Numbered from the stretch's first letter, positions 23,055 through 34,025 are shown. The stretch: 64,000 nucleotides of DNA from Pseudomonas sp. (GCF_041601375.1 NZ_JBFIIG010000002.1:11046-75045); one strand, 5' to 3'. Translations and numbers: made by a program. Notes: generated by a model from the letters alone, not told the origin.

Positions 23055-24980
23055 ATGTTCGCATTGCTGCACAGCCGTTTGTTGCGTCCGGTATTCATTG
23101 CCCTGGGCGTGGCCATGCTGGTGCAGGTATTCCTGGCCGTGTGGTTGACCCGCACCACTGTAGATGACCTGGTTGCCGACCTGGCGACGCGCCTGGAGGC
23201 CGATAGCCAGCGCCTGGGTGGCGAGCTGGGCACTGCCGAGCGTGAGGTGGTGCAGAGCTTGGCCGCGCTCTCGGCCAATACCCGGGAGAGCCTCGCCGCG
23301 GCGTTATCCGGGCGACTCAAGGCCGAGCAGGAGCAGTTGCGCGGCGTGCTCGAGGAGAATCTCAAGCAGTCGGGCAGCGCCATGGCGCAGTTGCTGGCCG
23401 GTGTCGCCCCCAAGGCCATCTGGGATGACGATTCGCCGGCGCTGACCGCGTTCACGCGCATCGTCCAGCGCGATCCGGCGGTCTTGTTTGCGGTGTATTA
23501 CGACGCCGAGGGGCGGCGCCTGACGCGCAATTTCAACCGCAGCGATGCGCGGGTGCGGGCCCTGGTCGCTGCGGGGCAAGGCGATACCCCGCTGGACAAA
23601 CTGATCGAGGCGGCGGCGCGCGATCCGCAGGTGTACATGGTCGAGAAGGACATCAATCCCATGGGGGCGCGGATCGGCAAGGTCCAGCTGGGTCTGTCCA
23701 GGTCGGCTGTGGAGCAGGAGTTGCAAGCGCTGGATCAGCGTTTCTCCGCGCTGGTGGACGATGCGGGCGAGCTGGTGGATGCCAGTCTGGTCGGCGCGGC
23801 ACGCGACAGCACCCAGGCACTACAGCGCCGTCTAAGCGAGGCGCAGCAGGCGGCCGAGGGTATGGCGCAGGGTAGTCTGAGTTCGGTCAGGGCCGCTGCC
23901 GAGAGCTTGCGCTGGCGCATCGCCGTCGGGCTCTTGGTGGTTGGTCTGTTGGCGTTGCTGGCGGTGGCGCTGGTGCTCGGCTGGCGGGTGTTGAGTCGCC
24001 TGCGATTGCTGATCGCGGCCTTGCAGGACTTGGCGGAGGGCGAGGGGGACCTGACCCGGCGGGTCGAGTTGGACAGTCGTGACGAGGTGGGCGAGATGGC
24101 GGCCGCGGTCAATCGGTTTGTCGCCAGGTTGCAACCCATAGTGCGCGAGGCGGGCGAGGTGGCGGTGCTCACCGGGCAGGAGATCGGCAGTCTGGCGTCA
24201 CGCAGTGCGGCGGCCGAGGCTGCCGCCGGACGTCAGCGCGACGAGGTGGCGGGTAGTCTGCAGGCCTTGGCACAGATGGCGGGTGAAGCCCAGGCGGAAA
24301 GCCAGGCGATGCAAGAGGCGCTGCGCCGGGTGGCGGCGATTCGTCAGGCGACCCAGGATAATGCGGCGATTGCGGCGCGGGTCGGTGGGGCGATGGAGAC
24401 CCTGGTGCTGCGGGTTGGCGACGGTGCGGCGGTGATCGAGCGTCTGGCCAGGCAGAGCGAGCAGATCGAGGTGGTGTTGACGGTGATCCATGGCATCGCC
24501 GAGCAGACCAACCTGCTGGCCTTGAATGCCGCCATCGAGGCGGCCCGCGCCGGCGAGAGCGGCCGTGGTTTCGCCGTGGTCGCCGACGAGGTACGTGCGC
24601 TGGCGAGCAAGACCCAGCAGTCGACCGGCGACATCAAGGCGCATATCGGTGCCTTGCAAAAAGGCGCGCGTGAGGCGGTTGGCGCCATCGGGCAGGCCGG
24701 GCAGCAGGCGGATCAGGGGCTGGCTGCGCTGCTGGAAAGCGCCAAGGTGCAGCGGTCGGTGCAGGCGGCGGTGGAGGAGGTGCATGGCGCCATCAATGCG
24801 GCGACTCAGGCGGCGGCGCATCAGGCGCAAGGTGCCGATGCGGTGCGTGGGCGGGTCGAGGTGATCCATGCTGAGGCCCAGCGAGCGGCCGAGGCGGTGG
24901 CTGCCACGGCCGACAGCGGACGGGTGCTGGATGGTCTGGCCAAGCAACTGAAAGCCAGTCTGGGGCAGTTCCGCGTTTAG
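23055..24980 (+). CDS. Methyl-accepting chemotaxis protein
   Basis: Two TM segments, HAMP (DLTRRV..DEVGEMA), signalling hairpin [34 protein letters not shown]. Confidence 0.95.
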   Translation: MFALLHSRLLRPVFIALGVAMLVQVFLAVWLTRTTVDDLVADLATRLEADSQRLGGELGTAEREVVQSLAALSANTRESLAAALSGRLKAEQEQLRGVLEENLKQSGSAMAQLLAGVAPKAIWDDDSPALTAFTRIVQRDPAVLFAVYYDAEGRRLTRNFNRSDARVRALVAAGQGDTPLDKLIEAAARDPQVYMVEKDINPMGARIGKVQLGLSRSAVEQELQALDQRFSALVDDAGELVDASLVGAARDSTQALQRRLSEAQQAAEGMAQGSLSSVRAAAESLRWRIAVGLLVVGLLALLAVALVLGWRVLSRLRLLIAALQDLAEGEGDLTRRVELDSRDEVGEMAAAVNRFVARLQPIVREAGEVAVLTGQEIGSLASRSAAAEAAAGRQRDEVAGSLQALAQMAGEAQAESQAMQEALRRVAAIRQATQDNAAIAARVGGAMETLVLRVGDGAAVIERLARQSEQIEVVLTVIHGIAEQTNLLALNAAIEAARAGESGRGFAVVADEVRALASKTQQSTGDIKAHIGALQKGAREAVGAIGQAGQQADQGLAALLESAKVQRSVQAAVEEVHGAINAATQAAAHQAQGADAVRGRVEVIHAEAQRAAEAVAATADSGRVLDGLAKQLKASLGQFRV

Positions 24981-25131
24981 CAATGGCTGCGCATGCCTGA
25001 TTGGCGCTGAGGCGCCGAGCCCGACAAGAGCGTGTCGGGCTGCGCGGTCCGGCCGGCAATGCGTATGCGCGTACCGGCTCCTGCTTGTCTGCCGGGCTCC
25101 GGCGCGATTGCTGTGCTAAATCGCAGGCAAG

Positions 25132-25161
25132 AAAAAACCGAGCACTTGGCTCGGTTTTTTT
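25132..25161. terminator. Bidirectional intrinsic terminator
   Basis: AAAAAACCGAGC-ACTTG-GCTCGGTTTTTTT between the MCP gene and the tRNA 3' end. Confidence 0.85.
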
Positions 25162-25165
25162 GAAT

Positions 25166-25252
25166 TGGTGCCCAGGAGAAGACTCGAACTTCCACGACCG
25201 TAAGGTCACCAGCACCTGAAGCTGGCGTGTCTACCAATTTCACCACCTGGGC
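25166..25252 (-). tRNA. tRNA-Leu (anticodon CAG)
   Basis: Reverse complement GCCCAGGTGGTGAAATTGGTAGACACGCCAGCTTCAGGTGCTGG...GTTCGAGTC...CCTGGGCACCA; 87 nt, long variable arm, CCA end. Confidence 0.98.
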
Positions 25253-25325
25253 ATTGATTGCAAATATTGCTTGTTTGCTATCAACTACAACTCGGTTAAC
25301 TTCGTTTCCCGTCGTTGTGGCGCGC

Positions 25326-25354
25326 ATAATACGGATCGACTTTTTACTTGTAAA
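25326..25354 (-). promoter_or_regulatory. Sigma70 promoter of tRNA-Leu with GC-rich discriminator
   Basis: TTTACA-N17-TATTAT followed by GCGCGCC. Confidence 0.7.
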
Positions 25355-25467
25355 CCCCTGTGCTCAAAAAATTTTATTCTGCCTGCTGTGCTGACCCGGA
25401 TAGTGGTTTCGCGCTTCAATAGGCACATGGCAAACCGAATTTATATAGAAAAGGTGAACTCTCTCTA

Positions 25468-28008
25468 ATGGCCGACTGGCAATCCCTCGACCCTGAGGCC
25501 GCTCGTGAAGCGGAAAAATACGAAAACCCCATCCCGAGTCGCGAGCTGATTCTGCAGCACCTCGCCGAGCGTGGTTCCCCGGCAAGCCGTGAGCAGTTGC
25601 TCGACGAGTTCGGCCTGACCACCGAAGAGCAGGTCGAGGCGCTACGTCGTCGACTGCGCGCCATGGAGCGCGACGGCCAGTTGATCTATACCCGTCGTGG
25701 CACCTATGCACCGGTGGACAAGCTGGACCTGATCCTCGGACGCGTCAGCGGCCACCGCGACGGTTTCGGCTTTCTGATTCCGGACGACGGCAGCGATGAC
25801 CTGTTCCTCAGTCCGGCGCAGATGCGCCTGGTCTTCGACGGCGACCGTGCCTTGGCCCGGGTTACCGGCCTGGATAGGCGTGGGCGCCGCGAAGGCGGCA
25901 TCGTCGAAGTGCTGACCCGTGCTCATGAAGCCATCGTCGGACGCTATTACGAAGAGAGCGGTATCGGTTTTGTGGTCGCCGACAACCCGAAGATCCAGCA
26001 GGAAGTGCTGGTCACCCCGGGGCGCAATGCCGGGGCCAAACAGGGTCAGTTCGTCGAGGTGAAGATCACCCATTGGCCGACCCCGCGTTTCCAGCCACAG
26101 GGCGATGTGGTCGAAGTGGTCGGCAACTACATGGCGCCGGGCATGGAAATCGATGTCGCGCTGCGCAGCTATGACATTCCACATGTCTGGCCCGAGGCCG
26201 TGGTCAAGGAAGCGCGCAAGCTCAAGCCTGAAGTCGAAGACAAGGACAAGGAAAAGCGCATCGATCTGCGTCATCTGCCCTTCGTCACCATCGACGGCGA
26301 AGATGCCCGTGATTTCGACGATGCGGTCTATTGCGAGAAGAATGGCAGTAACTGGCGGCTGTTCTCCGGCGGCTGGAAGCTGTACGTGGCGATTGCCGAC
26401 GTCTCCCATTATGTGAAAGTCGATTCGGCGCTGGATGCCGAGGCGCAGGTGCGTGGCAACTCGGTGTATTTCCCCGAGCGGGTGATCCCGATGCTGCCGG
26501 AGGAGCTGTCCAACGGCCTCTGTTCGTTGAATCCGCAGGTGGATCGTTTGGCCCTGGTCTGCGAGATGAGCATCTCCAAGACCGGCAAGATGATCGACTA
26601 CCAGTTCTGCGAGGCGGTGATCCACTCCCACGCGCGCCTGACCTACAACAAGGTCAGTGCCATGCTCGAAGAGCCGAAAGGCAGCGAAGGCAAGGCCTTG
26701 CGCAGTGAGTACAAGGAAGTACTGCCGCACCTCAAACAGCTCTACTCGCTGTATCAGGTATTGCTGGCGGCGCGTCACGAGCGTGGCGCCATCGATTTCG
26801 AGACCCAGGAGACGCGGATCGTCTTCGGTGTCGACCGCAAGATCGCCGAGATCCGCCCGACCCAGCGCAACGATGCGCACAAGCTGATCGAGGAGTGCAT
26901 GCTGGCCGCCAACGTGGCCACCGCCGCATTCATGCAGAAGCATGAAATTCCGGCGCTGTACCGTGTGCACGATGGTCCGCCGCCCGAGCGTGTGGAAAAG
27001 CTCAAGGCTTTCCTCACCGAGTTGGGTCTGTCCCTGCATCGCGGCAAGTCCAAGGACGGTCCGACGCCCAAGGACTACCAGGCGCTGCTGGAAAGCATTC
27101 GCGGTCGCCCGGATTACCACCTGATCCAGACCGTGATGCTGCGTTCGCTCAGCCAGGCGGTGTACAGCGCCGACAATCAGGGCCACTTCGGCCTGAACTA
27201 CGAAGCCTATGCCCACTTCACCTCGCCGATCCGCCGCTACCCGGATCTGCTGATCCATCGGGCGATCCGCAGCGTGATCCGCTCCAGACTCGACACCCCG
27301 CACGTCAAGCGCGCGGGCGCGGCGAGCATGCCCAAGGCACGCATCTATCCTTACGATGAAGCGATCCTCGAGCAGCTCGGCGAGCAGTGCTCGATGTCCG
27401 AGCGGCGCGCCGACGAGGCCACCCGTGATGTGGTGAACTGGCTCAAGTGCGAGTTCATGAAGGATCGCGTCGGCGAAACCTTCCCCGGGGTGATCACCGC
27501 GGTGACCGGTTTCGGTCTGTTCGTCGAGTTGACCGATATCTACGTTGAAGGCCTGGTGCATGTCACCGCCTTGCCCGGCGATTACTACCACTTCGATCCG
27601 GTCCATCATCGTCTGGCCGGAGAGCGCAGCGGGCGCAATTTCCGTCTTGGCGATACGGTCGAGGTCAAGGTCATGCGGGTCGATCTGGACGAGCGCAAGA
27701 TCGACTTCGAAATGGCCCAGAGCGTTGTGGATGCGCCAGCCGGGCGCCGGCGTGGCGGCTTCGAGTCGGCTAAAGCCGGGCGCAGGGACGGGCGAGCTGT
27801 CGCTGCCGGTGGCACCGATGTGGAGAAAAGCCGCGAGTTGAAAAAAACGCTGCTGGCCGAGTCCAAGGGTAAGGGGCGCGGTACTAAAAGCGAATCCTCC
27901 AAGCCGGCGAGTGCGGATGCGAAATCCGCCAAGCACCGCAAGGGTCCGCCAAAGAGCGGGGCGCCGGCTGCGGGTGGCGCCCCGCGCAAGCGTAAGGCGA
28001 AATCATGA
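25468..28008 (+). CDS. rnr: Ribonuclease R
   Basis: HTH and cold-shock domains, TIDGEDARDFDDA, HFTSPIRRYPDL, S1 domain, basic tail. Confidence 0.98.
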   Translation: MADWQSLDPEAAREAEKYENPIPSRELILQHLAERGSPASREQLLDEFGLTTEEQVEALRRRLRAMERDGQLIYTRRGTYAPVDKLDLILGRVSGHRDGFGFLIPDDGSDDLFLSPAQMRLVFDGDRALARVTGLDRRGRREGGIVEVLTRAHEAIVGRYYEESGIGFVVADNPKIQQEVLVTPGRNAGAKQGQFVEVKITHWPTPRFQPQGDVVEVVGNYMAPGMEIDVALRSYDIPHVWPEAVVKEARKLKPEVEDKDKEKRIDLRHLPFVTIDGEDARDFDDAVYCEKNGSNWRLFSGGWKLYVAIADVSHYVKVDSALDAEAQVRGNSVYFPERVIPMLPEELSNGLCSLNPQVDRLALVCEMSISKTGKMIDYQFCEAVIHSHARLTYNKVSAMLEEPKGSEGKALRSEYKEVLPHLKQLYSLYQVLLAARHERGAIDFETQETRIVFGVDRKIAEIRPTQRNDAHKLIEECMLAANVATAAFMQKHEIPALYRVHDGPPPERVEKLKAFLTELGLSLHRGKSKDGPTPKDYQALLESIRGRPDYHLIQTVMLRSLSQAVYSADNQGHFGLNYEAYAHFTSPIRRYPDLLIHRAIRSVIRSRLDTPHVKRAGAASMPKARIYPYDEAILEQLGEQCSMSERRADEATRDVVNWLKCEFMKDRVGETFPGVITAVTGFGLFVELTDIYVEGLVHVTALPGDYYHFDPVHHRLAGERSGRNFRLGDTVEVKVMRVDLDERKIDFEMAQSVVDAPAGRRRGGFESAKAGRRDGRAVAAGGTDVEKSRELKKTLLAESKGKGRGTKSESSKPASADAKSAKHRKGPPKSGAPAAGGAPRKRKAKS

Positions 28009-28754
28009 GTCAGCTGGAAAAGATCTACGGCGTGCATACCGTGGAAGCCTTGCTGCGCCATCACCCCAAGCGGGTCAAGCAGATCTGGCTCGCGGAAGGG
28101 CGCAATGATCCGCGGGTCCAGGCCCTGTTGGCCTTGGCGGCCGATGCGCGGGTTGCCGTCGGCCAGTGCGAGCGCCGCGAGATGGATGCCTGGGTCGAGG
28201 GTGTGCATCAGGGGGTGGTCGCGGATGTCAGTCCCAGCCAGGTCTGGGGCGAGGCGATGCTCGAGGAGTTGCTCGATCGCGCCATAGGCCCGCCGCTGTT
28301 GCTGGTGCTGGATGGGGTGACCGATCCGCACAACCTCGGCGCCTGCCTGCGCACCGCCGATGCGGCGGGTGCGCTGGCGGTGATAGTGCCCAAGGACAAG
28401 TCCGCCACGCTCAATGCCACGGTGCGCAAGGTGGCCTGTGGTGCCGCCGAGGTGATTCCGCTGGTGGCGGTGACCAATCTGGCGCGCAGCCTGGAGAAGC
28501 TCCAGCAGCGTGGTCTGTGGGTGGTCGGTACTGCCGGTGAGGCCGAGCAGGAGCTGTATCAGCACGACATGACCGGGCCGACCGTGCTGGTCATGGGTGC
28601 CGAAGGCAAGGGTATGCGTCGGCTGACCCGCGAACATTGCGATTACCTGGTCAAGCTGCCGATGGCCGGCAGTGTCAGCAGTCTGAATGTCTCGGTGGCG
28701 ACCGGGGTCTGCCTGTTCGAAGCGTTGCGCCAGAGACGTAGTACCAAGCCGTAA
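28005..28754 (+). CDS. rlmB: 23S rRNA Gm2251 methyltransferase
   Basis: HQGVVA, DPHNLGACLR, GAEGKGMR, SLNVSVA (SpoU family). Confidence 0.97.
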   Translation: MSQLEKIYGVHTVEALLRHHPKRVKQIWLAEGRNDPRVQALLALAADARVAVGQCERREMDAWVEGVHQGVVADVSPSQVWGEAMLEELLDRAIGPPLLLVLDGVTDPHNLGACLRTADAAGALAVIVPKDKSATLNATVRKVACGAAEVIPLVAVTNLARSLEKLQQRGLWVVGTAGEAEQELYQHDMTGPTVLVMGAEGKGMRRLTREHCDYLVKLPMAGSVSSLNVSVATGVCLFEALRQRRSTKP

Positions 28755-28760
28755 GCGATA

Positions 28761-28829
28761 AGTTGCAAGCGAATCAGTGTGCAGGCGGCTTTTGCTTTTA
28801 GCTTGCAGCTTGAGGCTTATAGCTACAGC
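28761..28829. repeat. Degenerate heptamer (GCTTGCA-like) repeat
   Basis: AGCTTGC-AGCTTGA-GGCTTAT-AGCTAC run; same family as 19729. Confidence 0.5.
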
Positions 28830-28862
28830 GCTCCGCGCTGCTCAAATAATCACCAGTCCACC

Positions 28863-28891
28863 TTGCTTGTGCATGGGCGCTTCTCTAGAAT
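28863..28891 (+). promoter_or_regulatory. Sigma70 promoter of the rpsF operon
   Basis: TTGCTT-N17-TAGAAT followed by GC-rich GGCGCCCC. Confidence 0.7.
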
Positions 28892-28960
28892 GGCGCCCCT
28901 TGCCGTGACGGCAGGCGCTAGTGCGCCCCTCTGTTGCGGCAAGACACACAGTGATATTCA

Positions 28961-29006
28961 CTCCTTGCCTGACCGCGTTTGGCGGCAGGCTACAACCCGT
29001 AAGGAG
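28961..29006 (+). promoter_or_regulatory. S6:S18-type ribosomal protein leader
   Basis: CTCCTT pairs with the AAGGAG RBS, inner stem GCCTG/CAGGC, internal loop with CCCG, just upstream of rpsF. Confidence 0.65.
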
Positions 29007-29011
29007 CATTT

Positions 29012-29458
29012 ATGCGTCATTACGAAATCATCTTTCTGGTTCACCCGGACCAGAGCGAGCAAGTCGGCGGCATGGTTGAGCGTTACACCAAGCTGATCGA
29101 AGAAGACGGCGGCAAAATCCACCGCCTGGAAGATTGGGGTCGTCGTCAGCTGGCTTACGCCATCAACAACGTCCACAAGGCTCACTACGTGATGCTCAAC
29201 GTTGAGTGCACCGGCAAGGCCCTGGCCGAAATGGAAGACAACTTCCGTTACAACGATGCCGTGATCCGTAACCTGGTCATCCGTCGCGACGAGGCCGTTA
29301 TCGACCAGTCCGAAATGCTCAAGGCCGAAGAAAACCGCAGTGAGCGCCGTGAGCGCCGCGACCGTCCTGAAGGTGCCGATTCCGCCGATGGCGATGACAG
29401 CGACCGCAGCGATAGCCGCCGCGATAACAGCGACGCCAGCGACAACGCTGACGAGTAA
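29012..29458 (+). CDS. rpsF: 30S ribosomal protein S6
   Basis: [28 protein letters not shown]. Confidence 0.99.
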   Translation: MRHYEIIFLVHPDQSEQVGGMVERYTKLIEEDGGKIHRLEDWGRRQLAYAINNVHKAHYVMLNVECTGKALAEMEDNFRYNDAVIRNLVIRRDEAVIDQSEMLKAEENRSERRERRDRPEGADSADGDDSDRSDSRRDNSDASDNADE

Positions 29459-29486
29459 TCCACGGATCTATTGAGGAGCCAATTAC

Positions 29487-29717
29487 ATGGCACGTTTCTT
29501 CCGTCGTCGTAAGTTCTGCCGTTTCACCGCTGAAGAGGTGAAGGAGATCGATTTCAAAGATCTCAACACCCTGAAAGCCTACATCTCGGAAACCGGCAAG
29601 ATCGTTCCTAGCCGTATCACCGGTACCAAGGCTCGTTATCAGCGTCAGCTGGCTACCGCTATCAAGCGCGCCCGCTTCCTGGCCCTGCTGCCCTACACCG
29701 ACAGCCACGGCCGCTGA
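29487..29717 (+). CDS. rpsR: 30S ribosomal protein S18
   Basis: [21 protein letters not shown]. Confidence 0.99.
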   Translation: MARFFRRRKFCRFTAEEVKEIDFKDLNTLKAYISETGKIVPSRITGTKARYQRQLATAIKRARFLALLPYTDSHGR

Positions 29718-29753
29718 GATCGGGTGTTCGACAAGAAGTAAGGGATAAGAGAC

Positions 29754-30647
29754 ATGCGCGCCTTAGCTGAATTCATTATGCGCGGCCGCATGCAGGCCAT
29801 CCTCGTGGTGGTTGTTTCGGCGGCATTGCCGCTGCTGTTCTGGTTAAGTGCTGCCGCAGGTTGCCTGGTGCTCCTGCGGCGCGGTCTGAGTGATGCCCTG
29901 GGCATCCTCGCTTGGGCCCTGCTGCCGGCGATTGGCTGGTGGTATTTCGGTGAACCGCGCACCCTGTTGGTGTTGCTCGGTGCGCTGGGGCTGGCGATGT
30001 TGTTGCGCGCCAGTCTGTCCTGGGATCGTGTGCTGCTGTGCAGCGTGGTATTGGGCCTGGTGTACGGGTTGGTCTTGGGTGCGGTGTTCCGCGAACCCAT
30101 CGCGGCGATGGCAGGTGAGCTGCAAAAGCTCCTGCCACAGATGCTCGATGGGGTTCACCAGCAGATGTCGGTGGACGAGCGAGCGCGCCTGGAGAGCCTG
30201 ATCGCACCGGTGCTGACCGGTTTATTGGCGGCGTTGCTGCAGATTGTCAGCCTGCTGAGCCTGATGCTTGGGCGTTATTGGCAGGCGCTGTTGTATAACC
30301 CTGGCGGTTTCGGACGCGAATTTCGCGCGCTGCGACTGCCGCTGGCACCGGCGATGTTGCTGCTGGTCGGCATGCTACTGGGCCCCAATCTGGGGCCGCA
30401 GATGGCCATGCTGACTCCGCTGTGCAGCGTGCCGCTGGTGTTCGCCGCCGTTGCCCTGTTGCATGGGCTGGTGGCGCAAGGGCGACTGGCGAAGTTCTGG
30501 CTGGTCGGGTTGTACATCACGCTGCTGCTGTTCATGCAGCTGACTTATCCGTTACTGGTGGTCTTGGCCATTGTCGACAGCCTGTTTGATTTTCGTGGTC
30601 GCTTCGAGCGCAAGCAAGGCTCGGGTCCCACGAACGGTGAAGGTTAA
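29754..30647 (+). CDS. Conserved inner membrane protein of the rpsF-rplI operon
   Basis: Multi-TM; MRALAEFIMRGR, RYWQALLYNPGGF; usual position between rpsR and rplI in Pseudomonas. Confidence 0.88.
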   Translation: MRALAEFIMRGRMQAILVVVVSAALPLLFWLSAAAGCLVLLRRGLSDALGILAWALLPAIGWWYFGEPRTLLVLLGALGLAMLLRASLSWDRVLLCSVVLGLVYGLVLGAVFREPIAAMAGELQKLLPQMLDGVHQQMSVDERARLESLIAPVLTGLLAALLQIVSLLSLMLGRYWQALLYNPGGFGREFRALRLPLAPAMLLLVGMLLGPNLGPQMAMLTPLCSVPLVFAAVALLHGLVAQGRLAKFWLVGLYITLLLFMQLTYPLLVVLAIVDSLFDFRGRFERKQGSGPTNGEG

Positions 30648-30668
30648 AAGTTAAGAGGTTATTACCAA

Positions 30669-31118
30669 ATGGAACTGATCCTGCTGGAAAAAATCGCCAA
30701 CCTGGGCAACCTGGGCGATAAAGTGAACGTTAAGGCCGGTTACGGCCGTAACTTCCTGCTGCCATTCGGCAAAGCCACCGCTGCAACCGCTGCCAACCTG
30801 GCTGCGTTTGAAGCGCGTCGCGCCGAATTGGAACAGCTGGCTGCCGATAAGAAGGCATCTGCTGAAACTCGCGCCGCTCAGCTGGCTGAACTGGAAGTCA
30901 CCATCACCGCTACCGCGGGCGATGAGGGCAAACTGTTCGGCTCCATCGGTACGCACGACATCGCCGACGCCCTGACCGCCTCTGGCGTGGAAGTGGCCAA
31001 AGCCGAAGTGCGTCTGCCGAACGGTACCATTCGCCATATCGGCGAATACGACGTGGCCGTGCACCTGCACTCCGACGTTGAAGCGACCGTGCGGGTCGTT
31101 GTGGTTGCAGCCGCCTAA
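30669..31118 (+). CDS. rplI: 50S ribosomal protein L9
   Basis: [19 protein letters not shown]. Confidence 0.99.
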   Translation: MELILLEKIANLGNLGDKVNVKAGYGRNFLLPFGKATAATAANLAAFEARRAELEQLAADKKASAETRAAQLAELEVTITATAGDEGKLFGSIGTHDIADALTASGVEVAKAEVRLPNGTIRHIGEYDVAVHLHSDVEATVRVVVVAAA

Positions 31119-31263
31119 GAGCCTCGCTCTGAAGCTAGCCGCTCAACGGACTTGCGCTTAGGTGCAGGCTCGTTAACATCGGGCACGGCATTGCGTTAGC
31201 GATGCCGTGCCCTTTGTTTTTCTATTCTCGAAATTCAGTGCAGCCGATTTTTTCCAGAGCCCT

Positions 31264-32658
31264 ATGAACGACATCAGCATTCCCGAGCAATACGACCTGC
31301 AAACCTCCGCCTTGAAAGTGCCGCCGCACTCGATCGAGGCCGAGCAAGCCGTGCTGGGTGGCCTGATGCTCGACAACAATGCCTGGGAGCGGGTGCTCGA
31401 TGCGGTGTCCGATGGCGATTTCTATCGGCATGACCACCGCCTGATCTTCCGTGCCATCTACAAGCTGGCCGAGCGCAACCACCCCTTCGACGTGGTTACC
31501 GTGTCCGAGCAACTGGACAAGGAAGGCCAGCTGTCCCAGGTCGGCGGCCTGGCCTATCTGGGCGAACTGGCGAAGAACATTCCGTCGGTGGCCAACATCA
31601 AGGCCTATGCGCAGATCATCCGCGAGCGTGCCACCCTGCGCCAGCTGATAGGCATCAGCGGCGAAATCGCCGACAGCGCCTATTCGCCACAGGGCCGCAC
31701 CGGCGAGGAGATTCTCGACGAGGCCGAGCGGCTGATCTTCCAGATCGCCGAGGCGCGGCCGAAGACCGGCGGTCCGGTGGGCATCAACGACATCCTGGTC
31801 AAGGCCATCGACCGCATCGACACCCTGTTCAACTCGGGCGATGCGATCACCGGCCTGTCCACCGGCTTTAACGATCTGGATGCGCAGACCAGCGGCCTGC
31901 AGCCGGCGGATCTGATCATCGTAGCCGGCCGACCGTCCATGGGTAAGACCACCTTCGCCATGAACCTGGTGGAAAACGCCGTGTTGCGCAGCGACAAGGC
32001 CATCGTCGTGTATTCGCTGGAGATGCCGTCGGATTCGATCGTCATGCGGATGCTCGCCTCCCTGGGGCGCATCGACCAGACCAAGGTGCGTGCCGGCCGC
32101 CTGGATGACGACGATTGGCCGCGCCTGACCTCGGCGGTCAACCTGCTCAATGACCGCAAGCTGTTCATCGACGACACCGCCGGCATCTCGCCGTCGGAGA
32201 TGCGCGCGCGCACCCGGCGCCTGGCCCGCGAGCACGGCGAGATCGGCATGATCATGGTCGACTACCTGCAGCTGATGCAGATTCCCGGCTCCAGCAGCGA
32301 AAGCCGGGTCAACGAGATCTCCGAGATTTCCCGTTCGCTCAAGGCCCTGGCCAAGGAATTCAACTGCCCGGTGATCGCCCTGTCGCAGCTCAACCGTTCC
32401 CTGGAGCAGCGCCCCAACAAACGCCCGATCAACTCCGACTTGCGCGAGTCCGGGGCGATCGAGCAGGACGCCGACATCATCATGTTCGTCTACCGCGACG
32501 AGGTGTATCACCCGGAGACCGAGCTCAAGGGGGTGGCCGAGATCATCATCGGCAAGCAGCGTAACGGCCCGATCGGCACCACACGCCTGGCCTTCCTCGG
32601 CAAGTATTCGCGCTTCGAGAACCTGGCGCCGGGCAGCTATCAGTTCGACGAGGACTGA
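31264..32658 (+). CDS. dnaB: Replicative DNA helicase
   Basis: PPHSIEAEQAVLGG, GRPSMGKT, VDYLQL, SDLRESGAIEQDAD; no intein. Confidence 0.98.
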   Translation: MNDISIPEQYDLQTSALKVPPHSIEAEQAVLGGLMLDNNAWERVLDAVSDGDFYRHDHRLIFRAIYKLAERNHPFDVVTVSEQLDKEGQLSQVGGLAYLGELAKNIPSVANIKAYAQIIRERATLRQLIGISGEIADSAYSPQGRTGEEILDEAERLIFQIAEARPKTGGPVGINDILVKAIDRIDTLFNSGDAITGLSTGFNDLDAQTSGLQPADLIIVAGRPSMGKTTFAMNLVENAVLRSDKAIVVYSLEMPSDSIVMRMLASLGRIDQTKVRAGRLDDDDWPRLTSAVNLLNDRKLFIDDTAGISPSEMRARTRRLAREHGEIGMIMVDYLQLMQIPGSSSESRVNEISEISRSLKALAKEFNCPVIALSQLNRSLEQRPNKRPINSDLRESGAIEQDADIIMFVYRDEVYHPETELKGVAEIIIGKQRNGPIGTTRLAFLGKYSRFENLAPGSYQFDED

Positions 32659-32760
32659 TAGCTTGTGAAAAACTCTCGCCTGCTGCGACCGCCTCCAGAC
32701 GCCCGCTGCTGACGTAGCGCGCCTTGCCGCGAACGCCTGGAGACGCTCTTTCTATGGCGC
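32659..32760. mobile_element. Family A MITE, right end truncated
   Basis: Starts TAGCTTGTGAAAA directly after the dnaB TGA; interior matches the 22736 copy; distal IR missing. Confidence 0.72.
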
Positions 32761-32772
32761 TTCTGGCTCAGG

Positions 32773-33474
32773 TCAGGACTTGTAGGCGGGGGCCATGCCC
32801 TCGCTGCCGAGGTAGGGCGCGAGGTAATCCTCCAGGTGTTGCCCGGGGCCGGGCTGGTAGGTTTCGTCGAGGTCGTCGAGGCTTTCCACCCGGTCGATAC
32901 GGAAGTTGCGAAAATCGTTGCGCAACTCGCACCAGCTGCACAGCGTCCAGGTCTGCCCCCAGAAGAACAGGCCCAGCGGCCAGATGCGCCGCAGGCTGGC
33001 TTGCCCGCTTTCATCGCGGTAACTCAAGTGCAATTTGCGCCGCAGGCGGATCGCCTGACGTAAATGGCCGAGCCAATGCAGCGGATAGACATTCACCTCG
33101 GGGGCGAACAGGCGATTGCCGTTGAGCTCGTCGCGCAGGGCGGCGGGCAGCACGCTGTGGATTTTCGCCAGCGCCGATTCGGCGGCCCGTTGCAGGTCCG
33201 GGTCGGCCCAGGCGTTGACCATGCGCGCGCCGACCACCAGGGCTTCGATCTCTTCGCGCTCGAACATCAGCGGCGGCAGATCCATAGGTTGGCGCAGCAC
33301 ATAGCCGACCCCGGCCTCGCCCTCCAGCGGCACGCCGGAAAGCGACAGGTCCTGAATGTCGCGGTAGATGGTGCGCACCGAAACCTGCAAGCGCTCGGCC
33401 AGCCACTGCGCGGTGGTCAGGCGACGACTGCGCAGGAACTGGACGATCTGGAACAGGCGGTCGGCGCGTCTCAT
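32773..33474 (-). CDS. YafY-family HTH-WYL transcriptional regulator
   Basis: MRRADRLFQIVQ..VSVRTIYRDI HTH; RRIWPLGL...WCELRNDFRNFRIDR WYL domain. Confidence 0.93.
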   Translation of the reverse strand: MRRADRLFQIVQFLRSRRLTTAQWLAERLQVSVRTIYRDIQDLSLSGVPLEGEAGVGYVLRQPMDLPPLMFEREEIEALVVGARMVNAWADPDLQRAAESALAKIHSVLPAALRDELNGNRLFAPEVNVYPLHWLGHLRQAIRLRRKLHLSYRDESGQASLRRIWPLGLFFWGQTWTLCSWCELRNDFRNFRIDRVESLDDLDETYQPGPGQHLEDYLAPYLGSEGMAPAYKS

Positions 33475-33588
33475 GTACTCTCCCCGAATGGGCTGGTTAT
33501 AACCTATTCCGGTTCACTGCGGGGCGGCGCTAACCGCTGCAGGCAGAAACGGCCGGACGAAGGCATGGCTGTCCGGCGCCTGGGCAAC

Positions 33589-33954
33589 TCAGGACATGCT
33601 GTGCAGACCCACCTCATTACCCTCGCTGTCTTTTATCACGGCGATGAAACCATGGGGGGCGATGGACATCTTGCCCTGGATGATCGTGCCGCCCGCCGCC
33701 GGAACCCGGTTCACCACGGCCGCCAGTTGCCCTTCGACATTCAGGTAGACCCGGGTTCCACCTATGCCGCTTTGCTGTTCGGGCGCGTCGCTCAGGCAAC
33801 CGCCGACGCCGCTCTGCGGGTTGCAGGGAAACAGGGCCATACGCCCGCCCATGCCATCCATCGTCTCCAGCGGGGTTGCCAGCGCCTGCTCATAGAAGCG
33901 GCGGGCGCGCTCGAAGTCGCTGACGAACAGTTCGAACCAGTTGATCGCATTCAT
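33589..33954 (-). CDS. VOC/glyoxalase-bleomycin resistance family protein
   Basis: INWFEL..DFERARRFY, AAGGTI, DSEGNEVGLHS. Confidence 0.92.
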   Translation of the reverse strand: MNAINWFELFVSDFERARRFYEQALATPLETMDGMGGRMALFPCNPQSGVGGCLSDAPEQQSGIGGTRVYLNVEGQLAAVVNRVPAAGGTIIQGKMSIAPHGFIAVIKDSEGNEVGLHSMS

Positions 33955-34025
33955 TTCTCTCTCCTTGGAATGGGGGATGTCAGCAGGCCGGCACCGTCGA
34001 TGGCGCGTTCTGGCCTGCGAAGCCC

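Noticed and set aside
25140-25260. tRNA-Leu as an integration site for a prophage or ICE
   Set aside because: No integrase, no duplicated tRNA 3' end, and the terminator is intact
25642-27936. 764-aa ORF antisense to rnr, and similar long antisense ORFs (3643-5148, 12890-14701, 42565-43956, 50432-52351, 57163-58602)
   Set aside because: Shadow frames of well-supported GC-rich genes; no recognisable motifs or independent RBS
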